Assembly: GCA_964019425.1 (NCBI GenBank)
Contig: OZ025803.1
Coordinates: forward strand, 1,116,001 to 1,180,000
Length of the DNA stretch: 64,000 nucleotides
Direction of reading: 5' to 3'
Origin: Flectonema sp. DT1601
Lineage: Eukaryota
A program made the translations under genes and the position numbers. Below the pieces are notes generated by a model that saw nothing but the letters and a program-made list of their open reading frames with translations, made no database searches and was not told the DNA's origin. Positions 52,395 through 63,200 of the stretch are shown here, piece by piece. Positions within the stretch are counted from its first letter, which is position 1. The number at the start of each line of letters is the position of its first letter.

Positions 52395-54732
52395 ATGTTA
52401 TCGGAGACGAGACCTCGCACTACGAAGATAGAAATAGAAGTTGAAGACGCGAGTAGTGATGATGAGATACCTGGTATGCAATTGAGACCTAGGGGGGGTG
52501 CAGTCCCGGTTGGAATGGGAGGATACATGCTTCAGATATATAAAGACTCAAGTATTCAGTACAGCACGCCGTACTCAGATGTTACATTCAATGGTGAAGG
52601 TGCTGGAGAGGTGGTTGATAATTACTTTACGAGTGAATTATTATATAAACATGCTGGCACTCCAAGTGTGAGCGTCAACAGCAGTTTTGCTTCTGCCGCA
52701 CTCACACCTCCATTAACATGTAGAAGTGATCCACTTCATGGAGAGACTGATACTTCTAGTATGAGCATTGTTATTGAAAAACTTGCTGGTGATGAACTCT
52801 CCCTGTCATTCTCAGAGGGAGCTCTTATTGTTGAGTCCACTAATGACCCGGCTCTTGAAATTGTAGTCGGCAAGCGACTAACACATGTTGGTGGTTGTCA
52901 GATGGTCACTCCTCAAGATGTCTCCTCCAGCGCTCGCGGGGCCACCGTTCTCACCCTGCGATTCAGAGACGAGCAATATACACCTGACTATGCCGGTTGG
53001 CTTGAAAAGAAGGGTGCCTCAGGGCTCTTGAAGCTCTACCGTCGTCGTTGGTGTGAAATATATAAACAATACCTCCACTATGGTGTGGCCATGGGCGAAC
53101 AATGTGTTGGAAAGATTGACTTGGCAAATGCTCAGGTTGAGGTCTGCGAGTCAGGAGATCGGCTTCACGCATTTGCGATATCTGGAAGACATCTTCCGAG
53201 AACATATGAACTGGCAACCGAAACCGAAGGTGAGAGGAATGCCTGGATTAGGGCAATCACTCGCACTATAAACAAGTACGAAGCTGCAGGAGCAGAGGAG
53301 ATGGAGGACTGGCTAACTGGACTTCTTCCTTCTGCTAAGGGTTTAACACTTCAGGATTTTGACTTACACTGCGTCGTGGGAAAAGGGAGTTTTGCAAAGG
53401 TTCTAAAAAGCACTCTAAAACAACCAATAAGTCAGAATCCACAACGTAGAGAATGGCTTACAAGAGGTCTAACAGACTTCTATCAGCACTACAGACCTGA
53501 AAGGGTGTCTGGGGTTGCCACCATTATCACCCACAGCACTGGACAAGAAGAACATCTTTACAAGCAGCTACTTGGAAGGTATCCTCATGCAGAAAGTGAC
53601 CTAAAATGGTTGTTGAATCCTCCAAAAGTTCACACAGTCGCAGAAGCTGTGTTTGCTATGAAAATAGTAAAGAAAGCAGCTCTCCCGTCCATCAGAATAG
53701 CCCGAATGATGATGGAAGAAAAGGCGATCCTTCAAAGTATGAAGCATCCTTACATAGTTCGATTACATTATGCTTTTCAAAATAAGGCAAAGTTGTATTT
53801 GGTGATGACTTACTTGTCTGGGGGAGATCTTCGAACTCACTTAACTAAGCATAGAAAATTCCCTGAATCCCGAGCTAAGTTTTACTGCTGTCAGATATTG
53901 TTAGCGCTGGATCACTTACATGCACATGGAATAGTGTACCGAGATTTAAAACCTCAGAATGTTGTTCTTGATGCTGATGGCCATGCTGTTCTCACAGACC
54001 TGGGACTTGCAACAGACATAACTCAATCTGGTAGGGTATGTAGTTATTGCAGACGTTTACAATCTTTGACTCAACTCTAACACCCACAAACAGGCATATA
54101 CTTTTTGTGGAACACCTCAGTACGTAGCTCCTGAGGTTCTGCAGGGATCCGGATACACAAAGGCCGTTGACTTTTGGGCGCTGGGTATAATGGTATGGAT
54201 TTTATTCTGTTCCGATTGTGGTAATTGTAATTATGTTGGCAACAACGAAATCAACAAACAGGCGTTTGAGATGTTGGTGGGTGTGACACCATTCCAAGCA
54301 GGGGATTCGATCAGAGAAATGTTTATTAGAATAATGGAGGATGACATACGATATCCTGCAGCAGTCAGTAAGAATGCCCGAGAATTTATAACCTTTGCAT
54401 TGGCAAGGGATCCGGCACACCGACTGAACACTATTGCAACAGCCAAGCAGCTGAGATTTTTTAGGGGGACAGCGTGGTCTGATCTGCTGTCTCGTAAGGT
54501 AGCCGCTCCATATGTCCCTGAAGCAGACTTTTGCAACAATTCAAAAGAGAGACCCCTCACAGACCTGCTTTTAGACGGCTCCCCAGAGGGATCCATAAAC
54601 TCCGACCTCGAAGATGAGTTTGAAGGATTCACGTTCCTGCAGGGAATGCCGCAGCGTACATCCGAACGTCGCGGTAGGCAGGCAGCTCTAAAGCACCGAG
54701 ATCCCCTGATGGATATTCCCACAGTGACTTAG
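52395..54732 (+). CDS. PH-domain AGC-family Ser/Thr kinase (PKB/S6K-like), ~736 aa; introns 54036-54093, 54193-54261
   Basis: PH domain (GWLEKKG...RRRW...ERNAWIRAI). Kinase motifs GKGSFAKV, AMK, YRDLKPQN, DLG, TFCGTPQYVAPE (in the short middle exon), DFWALG and the hydrophobic motif FEGFTF. Confidence 0.93.
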
Positions 54733-55578
54733 TTGATTAATGAAATCAGGTGAACTGCTGCAAAAGGTACATCGCATGAGTGGTGTTTATTATGGGTTAA
54801 TAGGCATTTACATTCTGGTTGATGCGAAATAATTCCCCCTTCTTTTTTCCTTTTCCCAGGTGTGTTTCACCAGTTGTTTGATAAAAAAGGGAAAGCATGT
54901 CTTTTCCAAAAAGGTTAGTTCTGAACATATTTTTTCTTTTCCCTGTTTCTCTCCCCCATGATATTTGCTTCTAACTCAACCTCAGGGCTCCGAAATGGAT
55001 TCGCATTTCTAGTCGCTTTAACACTAAAAGCAATAGCATAAGATTGATTGTGGCCTGAAACAAGCAGGTGGGAGATTTAGATTTGTAGACCTAAAAAATT
55101 GCTAAATGACTGTTTCAATTATCAGTGTCGGTAATTTTTAAAGACACACTGAACGTTTAAAAAAGAAAAGAAAATGCATCATAAGGTGCCAATTCGCAAA
55201 CTGGCCGCAACCCATTTGATACAACAGAACCGTTGCTACTTTGACTTACTACTTTGACAATGAACACAAAGTAAAATGTCTTGTTTATATTGTGATGTTT
55301 TATTTGGTCTCTTCTCCTAGTATACTTACCTTATCCCATAACATATTTGAGAAAACACCGTCCATGAGTTAGTTTTTCTTCGGTTACAGACATCCATTAA
55401 ATGGCTTGACAGCTTCTATTGTAATGGGAAGCTCAATCGTGTAAAAAAAATCAATTCTTGTTTCAGTCACACACACAATACAACATGAACCACACATGGT
55501 AATTCTGTATTTAATAACCACTAACATCCCCTCAAAACATGTTTTACCAAGGAGCAGCTGATTTTACAGAGCAAAAAC

Positions 55579-55650
55579 AGCGGCTCCCGAGAATCGAACT
55601 CGGGTCTCCACGGCCACAACGAGGTGTTCTAACCATTAAACTAGAGCCGC
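55579..55650 (-). tRNA. trnH-GUG: tRNA-His (anticodon GUG)
   Basis: The reverse complement GCGGCTCTAGTTTAATGGTTAGAACACCTCGTTGTGGCCGTGGAGACCCGAGTTCGATTCTCGGGAGCCGCT folds as a cloverleaf with acceptor stem GCGGCTC/GAGCCGC, T-loop TTCGATT and anticodon GTG. A T5 Pol III terminator lies just downstream. Confidence 0.96.
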
Positions 55651-55721
55651 TTCAAAAGTTTTTGCTTTTTTTTTTTGCGTCTTTTATTTTTGCGTTTTTT
55701 CTATTTTGGGAACCTCCCTAG

Positions 55722-57239
55722 CCGTACTCTCAACTCCTGCTAAGTGTACGCTACAAGATGTGTAGGGCCTATGAAGAATTCAAATTAAGTCCCCACCTAC
55801 CAGCTTGTAGCCTCACAATGACGGAGGGAGGCCTAAACTACCCACCAAAAACAGCTTGGGGTCGCATAGTTTGGGATGAATATGTGTCGGGGATCCCGGG
55901 ACTCGACAAACACAGAAGCTCGTATCACTCGGAAATCAATCCAAAGCACTATAAGATGCGATCATGGAAGGTAACTAATGCAATGGAATTCAACTACTGT
56001 TTTGGAAAAGAAGAGGCAAAAGACAAAGAAGCCGGTCTACCAATTGAAGACGTGAAGGTGTACACAGATGGGTCTATTAGACATAGGACGAAGACGTACA
56101 TGACTAAGTCAGGAGCATCTGTGATAATAGTGAAGGGTAAGGAAGTTAGCATGACCGGATTCAGAATACCTGTAGCAGGAAGCTCCTACAGAACTGAACA
56201 GATAGCCGTGGAACAAGCGATGAGGATACTCCTGGAAAACAAAAAGGCATCCGAAGGAATACTTCCCACAACAAAGACGCATATTCTAACTGACTCAATG
56301 TCGCTAATACAGGCACTTGAGCGAGGACCTGAAGAACAGAAATCTGCTACAAACGCATCAATCTGGAAGTTAGCACTGAAACTGGAACACAGAGGTGTTA
56401 ATATTAACATGCAGTATGTCCCAGCACATATGGATGTGCTGTATAATGAAATAGCAGACAAGGTGGCAAAACACGCTGCAGGTACGATAAAGAAACCTCC
56501 AGATGACAGTGTGGTACTCGAGAGTTTAGTTACTAGACTGGATATGGGAACCCTTATGACTTTTCACAAGAGAAGAAAACGAGAGGAGTGGATTGGAGCC
56601 GGCGAACAGAGGCATCCACCTTTTGTAGAAGAACTGACGAGACCACAAGAAGTCCTAATGTCCCGCTTCAGAGTTGGACACTGTAGATCTCTTAAACTAA
56701 AAGGAATAAACGAACAGTGCATCTTCTGTCATGGAGATACTGCAACACCGCATCATGTGCTTTTCAAGTGCAACCACTGGTGTATCCAAAAGATGAGATC
56801 ATTGTACATACACAGCATGATTAATACCGAAACTGGTGAAGTAGTGAGTAAAGTAGAGGACTGCTTCTTAAAGGAGAATCAACGCAGCATGTCCAACTTT
56901 GTAGTGGTACTGGACCAAATAGCTGAAATACTCGGAAGACCTGGAAATCCATAATTTAAAGATGCGGTTCTTAGACCAAATGAGGAAGTAAACTGAACTC
57001 TTTAGTAATTGATAAACAAAGAAAACAAAGAAGATACGAAGCCTACGGGAACCCCCCATCCCATCCCCAATCCCCACAAAAAGAAAGTTTACAGAAGAAA
57101 GAAAGAACAACCGCGCCTAACAGCGCAAACAGCAAAGCAGGTCGAAGGAACCTGCAGTGCACACAAAAAAAACATCATAAGGATCGCTGGTTCCGAGGGT
57201 TTGCTCTCCCACTTACCTGCCTCTCTATCCCTCAAAAAA
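55722..57239 (+). mobile_element. 5'-truncated non-LTR retrotransposon (ingi/I-group-like 3' end: RNase H, CCHC knuckle, 3' UTR, short poly-A)
   Basis: The frame is open from 55722 to 56954 and has no RT domain. About 280 nt of 3' UTR end in an A-run (57234-57239) directly before the SL. The 5' boundary is approximate (~55710-55722). Confidence 0.8.
55758..56954 (+). CDS. Non-LTR-type RNase H plus C-terminal CCHC zinc knuckle (C-terminal part of a retrotransposon ORF2)
   Basis: RNase HI catalytic motifs VYTDGS, SYRTE..A, ILTDSMS and YVPAH...NEIAD..AK. Then LTRPQEVLMSRFRVGH and CIFC-x8-HVLFKC, typical of LINE ORF2 C-termini. Confidence 0.88.
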   Translation: MCRAYEEFKLSPHLPACSLTMTEGGLNYPPKTAWGRIVWDEYVSGIPGLDKHRSSYHSEINPKHYKMRSWKVTNAMEFNYCFGKEEAKDKEAGLPIEDVKVYTDGSIRHRTKTYMTKSGASVIIVKGKEVSMTGFRIPVAGSSYRTEQIAVEQAMRILLENKKASEGILPTTKTHILTDSMSLIQALERGPEEQKSATNASIWKLALKLEHRGVNINMQYVPAHMDVLYNEIADKVAKHAAGTIKKPPDDSVVLESLVTRLDMGTLMTFHKRRKREEWIGAGEQRHPPFVEELTRPQEVLMSRFRVGHCRSLKLKGINEQCIFCHGDTATPHHVLFKCNHWCIQKMRSLYIHSMINTETGEVVSKVEDCFLKENQRSMSNFVVVLDQIAEILGRPGNP

Positions 57240-57278
57240 AACCAACGATTCTAAAGCTACAGTTTCTGTACTTTATTG
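57240..57278 (+). other. Complete 39-nt spliced-leader (mini-exon) sequence, retroposed (not an SL RNA gene)
   Basis: AACCAACGATTCTAAAGCTACAGTTTCTGTACTTTATTG has the euglenozoan length, the AAC(C/T)AACG start and the conserved CAGTTTCTGTACTTTATTG end. It is followed by TTTTTTCCC rather than a GT SL-intron. Confidence 0.93.
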
Positions 57279-60200
57279 TTTTTTCCCTCCCTCGCCCCAT
57301 CCCCGTCAGCGAGTAGGAAAGCGCAGCTAGGAATTTTTCCACGCAAGCGGATCCCACAACCCGACCACCCTTCCCCACGCTCACCCCATCCACCCTCCCC
57401 CACCCCAACAAAAGAAGAAAACGGCGGCAGCCACGTGACACACTCGTGTTCGTGTAGCGAAGCGTTTCGGCGACTTCGAAGACGACGACGACGACGACGA
57501 CGTAGAAGAGACGGTGTATGTGACTGACCTTCTTCTTCCTTATTTATTTGTTTACTTTTGTTAATTACTTCCTCTTAATTTCATTCCTCTCTTAGATTGT
57601 TGTTTATTTGCTTATTTATTTGTTTGTTTATTTGTCTGTTTATCTGTCTGTATATTCTGTTACTATCTGTTATTTTGTTACATTTATCTGTAGTACATTT
57701 TTGTTATTGTTAAATTAAAACATCTTCTTCACAGTTTTTTCCCTCCCTCGCCCCATCCCCGTCAGCGAGTAGGAAAGCGCAGCTAGGAATTTTTCCACGC
57801 AAGCGGATCCCACAACCCGACCACCCTTCCCCACGCTCACCCCATCCACCCTCCCCCACCCCAACAAAAGAAGAAAACGGCGGCAGCCACGTGACACACT
57901 CGTGTTCGTGTAGCGAAGCGTTTCGGCGACTTCGAAGACGACGACGACGACGACGACGTAGAAGAGACGGTGTATGTGACTGACCTTCTTCTTCCTTATT
58001 TATTTGTTTACTTTTGTTAATTACTTCCTCTTAATTTCATTCCTCTCTTAGATTGTTGTTTATTTGCTTATTTATTTGTTTGTTTATTTGTCTGTTTATC
58101 TGTCTGTATATTCTGTTACTATCTGTTATTTTGTTACATTTATCTGTAGTACATTTTTGTTATTGTTAAATTAAAACATCTTCTTCACAGTTTTTTCCCT
58201 CCCTCGCCCCATCCCCGTCAGCGAGTAGGAAAGCGCAGCTAGGAATTTTTCCACGCAAGCGGATCCCACAACCCGACCACCCTTCCCCACGCTCACCCCA
58301 TCCACCCTCCCCCACCCCAACAAAAGAAGAAAACGGCGGCAGCCACGTGACACACTCGTGTTCGTGTAGCGAAGCGTTTCGGCGACTTCGAAGACGACGA
58401 CGACGACGACGACGTAGAAGAGACGGTGTATGTGACTGACCTTCTTCTTCCTTATTTATTTGTTTACTTTTGTTAATTACTTCCTCTTAATTTCATTCCT
58501 CTCTTAGATTGTTGTTTATTTGCTTATTTATTTGTTTGTTTATTTGTCTGTTTATCTGTCTGTATATTCTGTTACTATCTGTTATTTTGTTACATTTATC
58601 TGTAGTACATTTTTGTTATTGTTAAATTAAAACATCTTCTTCACAGTTTTTTCCCTCCCTCGCCCCATCCCCGTCAGCGAGTAGGAAAGCGCAGCTAGGA
58701 ATTTTTCCACGCAAGCGGATCCCACAACCCGACCACCCTTCCCCACGCTCACCCCATCCACCCTCCCCCACCCCAACAAAAGAAGAAAACGGCGGCAGCC
58801 ACGTGACACACTCGTGTTCGTGTAGCGAAGCGTTTCGGCGACTTCGAAGACGACGACGACGACGACGACGTAGAAGAGACGGTGTATGTGACTGACCTTC
58901 TTCTTCCTTATTTATTTGTTTACTTTTGTTAATTACTTCCTCTTAATTTCATTCCTCTCTTAGATTGTTGTTTATTTGCTTATTTATTTGTTTGTTTATT
59001 TGTCTGTTTATCTGTCTGTATATTCTGTTACTATCTGTTATTTTGTTACATTTATCTGTAGTACATTTTTGTTATTGTTAAATTAAAACATCTTCTTCAC
59101 AGTTTTTTCCCTCCCTCGCCCCATCCCCGTCAGCGAGTAGGAAAGCGCAGCTAGGAATTTTTCCACGCAAGCGGATCCCACAACCCGACCACCCTTCCCC
59201 ACGCTCACCCCATCCACCCTCCCCCACCCCAACAAAAGAAGAAAACGGCGGCAGCCACGTGACACACTCGTGTTCGTGTAGCGAAGCGTTTCGGCGACTT
59301 CGAAGACGACGACGACGACGACGACGTAGAAGAGACGGTGTATGTGACTGACCTTCTTCTTCCTTATTTATTTGTTTACTTTTGTTAATTACTTCCTCTT
59401 AATTTCATTCCTCTCTTAGATTGTTGTTTATTTGCTTATTTATTTGTTTGTTTATTTGTCTGTTTATCTGTCTGTATATTCTGTTACTATCTGTTATTTT
59501 GTTACATTTATCTGTAGTACATTTTTGTTATTGTTAAATTAAAACATCTTCTTCACAGTTTTTTCCCTCCCTCGCCCCATCCCCGTCAGCGAGTAGGAAA
59601 GCGCAGCTAGGAATTTTTCCACGCAAGCGGATCCCACAACCCGACCACCCTTCCCCACGCTCACCCCATCCACCCTCCCCCACCCCAACAAAAGAAGAAA
59701 ACGGCGGCAGCCACGTGACACACTCGTGTTCGTGTAGCGAAGCGTTTCGGCGACTTCGAAGACGACGACGACGACGACGACGTAGAAGAGACGGTGTATG
59801 TGACTGACCTTCTTCTTCCTTATTTATTTGTTTACTTTTGTTAATTACTTCCTCTTAATTTCATTCCTCTCTTAGATTGTTGTTTATTTGCTTATTTATT
59901 TGTTTGTTTATTTGTCTGTTTATCTGTCTGTATATTCTGTTACTATCTGTTATTTTGTTACATTTATCTGTAGTACATTTTTGTTATTGTTAAATTAAAA
60001 CATCTTCTTCACAGTTTTTTCCCTCCCTCGCCCCATCCCCGTCAGCGAGTAGGAAAGCGCAGCTAGGAATTTTTCCACGCAAGCGGATCCCACAACCCGA
60101 CCACCCTTCCCCACGCTCACCCCATCCACCCTCCCCCACCCCAACAAAAGAAGAAAACGGCGGCAGCCACGTGACACACTCGTGTTCGTGTAGCGAAGCG

Positions 60201-63200
60201 TTTCGGCGACTTCGAAGACGACGACGACGACGACGACGTAGAAGAGACGGTGTATGTGACTGACCTTCTTCTTCCTTATTTATTTGTTTACTTTTGTTAA
60301 TTACTTCCTCTTAATTTCATTCCTCTCTTAGATTGTTGTTTATTTGCTTATTTATTTGTTTGTTTATTTGTCTGTTTATCTGTCTGTATATTCTGTTACT
60401 ATCTGTTATTTTGTTACATTTATCTGTAGTACATTTTTGTTATTGTTAAATTAAAACATCTTCTTCACAGTTTTTTCCCTCCCTCGCCCCATCCCCGTCA
60501 GCGAGTAGGAAAGCGCAGCTAGGAATTTTTCCACGCAAGCGGATCCCACAACCCGACCACCCTTCCCCACGCTCACCCCATCCACCCTCCCCCACCCCAA
60601 CAAAAGAAGAAAACGGCGGCAGCCACGTGACACACTCGTGTTCGTGTAGCGAAGCGTTTCGGCGACTTCGAAGACGACGACGACGACGACGACGTAGAAG
60701 AGACGGTGTATGTGACTGACCTTCTTCTTCCTTATTTATTTGTTTACTTTTGTTAATTACTTCCTCTTAATTTCATTCCTCTCTTAGATTGTTGTTTATT
60801 TGCTTATTTATTTGTTTGTTTATTTGTCTGTTTATCTGTCTGTATATTCTGTTACTATCTGTTATTTTGTTACATTTATCTGTAGTACATTTTTGTTATT
60901 GTTAAATTAAAACATCTTCTTCACAGTTTTTTCCCTCCCTCGCCCCATCCCCGTCAGCGAGTAGGAAAGCGCAGCTAGGAATTTTTCCACGCAAGCGGAT
61001 CCCACAACCCGACCACCCTTCCCCACGCTCACCCCATCCACCCTCCCCCACCCCAACAAAAGAAGAAAACGGCGGCAGCCACGTGACACACTCGTGTTCG
61101 TGTAGCGAAGCGTTTCGGCGACTTCGAAGACGACGACGACGACGACGACGTAGAAGAGACGGTGTATGTGACTGACCTTCTTCTTCCTTATTTATTTGTT
61201 TACTTTTGTTAATTACTTCCTCTTAATTTCATTCCTCTCTTAGATTGTTGTTTATTTGCTTATTTATTTGTTTGTTTATTTGTCTGTTTATCTGTCTGTA
61301 TATTCTGTTACTATCTGTTATTTTGTTACATTTATCTGTAGTACATTTTTGTTATTGTTAAATTAAAACATCTTCTTCACAGTTTTTTCCCTCCCTCGCC
61401 CCATCCCCGTCAGCGAGTAGGAAAGCGCAGCTAGGAATTTTTCCACGCAAGCGGATCCCACAACCCGACCACCCTTCCCCACGCTCACCCCATCCACCCT
61501 CCCCCACCCCAACAAAAGAAGAAAACGGCGGCAGCCACGTGACACACTCGTGTTCGTGTAGCGAAGCGTTTCGGCGACTTCGAAGACGACGACGACGACG
61601 ACGACGACGTAGAAGAGACGGTGTATGTGACTGACCTTCTTCTTCCTTATTTATTTGTTTACTTTTGTTAATTACTTCCTCTTAATTTCATTCCTCTCTT
61701 AGATTGTTGTTTATTTGCTTATTTATTTGTTTGTTTATTTGTCTGTTTATCTGTCTGTATATTCTGTTACTATCTGTTATTTTGTTACATTTATCTGTAG
61801 TACATTTTTGTTATTGTTAAATTAAAACATCTTCTTCACAGTTTTTTCCCTCCCTCGCCCCATCCCCGTCAGCGAGTAGGAAAGCGCAGCTAGGAATTTT
61901 TCCACGCAAGCGGATCCCACAACCCGACCACCCTTCCCCACGCTCACCCCATCCACCCTCCCCCACCCCAACAAAAGAAGAAAACGGCGGCAGCCACGTG
62001 ACACACTCGTGTTCGTGTAGCGAAGCGTTTCGGCGACTTCGAAGACGACGACGACGACGACGACGACGTAGAAGAGACGGTGTATGTGACTGACCTTCTT
62101 CTTCCTTATTTATTTGTTTACTTTTGTTAATTACTTCCTCTTAATTTCATTCCTCTCTTAGATTGTTGTTTATTTGCTTATTTATTTGTTTGTTTATTTG
62201 TCTGTTTATCTGTCTGTATATTCTGTTACTATCTGTTATTTTGTTACATTTATCTGTAGTACATTTTTGTTATTGTTAAATTAAAACATCTTCTTCACAG
62301 TTTTTTCCCTCCCTCGCCCCATCCCCGTCAGCGAGTAGGAAAGCGCAGCTAGGAATTTTTCCACGCAAGCGGATCCCACAACCCGACCACCCTTCCCCAC
62401 GCTCACCCCATCCACCCTCCCCCACCCCAACAAAAGAAGAAAACGGCGGCAGCCACGTGACACACTCGTGTTCGTGTAGCGAAGCGTTTCGGCGACTTCG
62501 AAGACGACGACGACGACGACGACGACGTAGAAGAGACGGTGTATGTGACTGACCTTCTTCTTCCTTATTTATTTGTTTACTTTTGTTAATTACTTCCTCT
62601 TAATTTCATTCCTCTCTTAGATTGTTGTTTATTTGCTTATTTATTTGTTTGTTTATTTGTCTGTTTATCTGTCTGTATATTCTGTTACTATCTGTTATTT
62701 TGTTACATTTATCTGTAGTACATTTTTGTTATTGTTAAATTAAAACATCTTCTTCACAGTTTTTTCCCTCCCTCGCCCCATCCCCGTCAGCGAGTAGGAA
62801 AGCGCAGCTAGGAATTTTTCCACGCAAGCGGATCCCACAACCCGACCACCCTTCCCCACGCTCACCCCATCCACCCTCCCCCACCCCAACAAAAGAAGAA
62901 AACGGCGGCAGCCACGTGACACACTCGTGTTCGTGTAGCGAAGCGTTTCGGCGACTTCGAAGACGACGACGACGACGACGACGTAGAAGAGACGGTGTAT
63001 GTGACTGACCTTCTTCTTCCTTATTTATTTGTTTACTTTTGTTAATTACTTCCTCTTAATTTCATTCCTCTCTTAGATTGTTGTTTATTTGCTTATTTAT
63101 TTGTTTGTTTATTTGTCTGTTTATCTGTCTGTATATTCTGTTACTATCTGTTATTTTGTTACATTTATCTGTAGTACATTTTTGTTATTGTTAAATTAAA

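Noticed and set aside
55539..55721. 60-aa ORF in frame with the RNase H ORF (possible read-through extension)
   Set aside because: It overlaps the antisense tRNA-His gene and a T-rich tract, and is separated from the RNase H frame by TAG.
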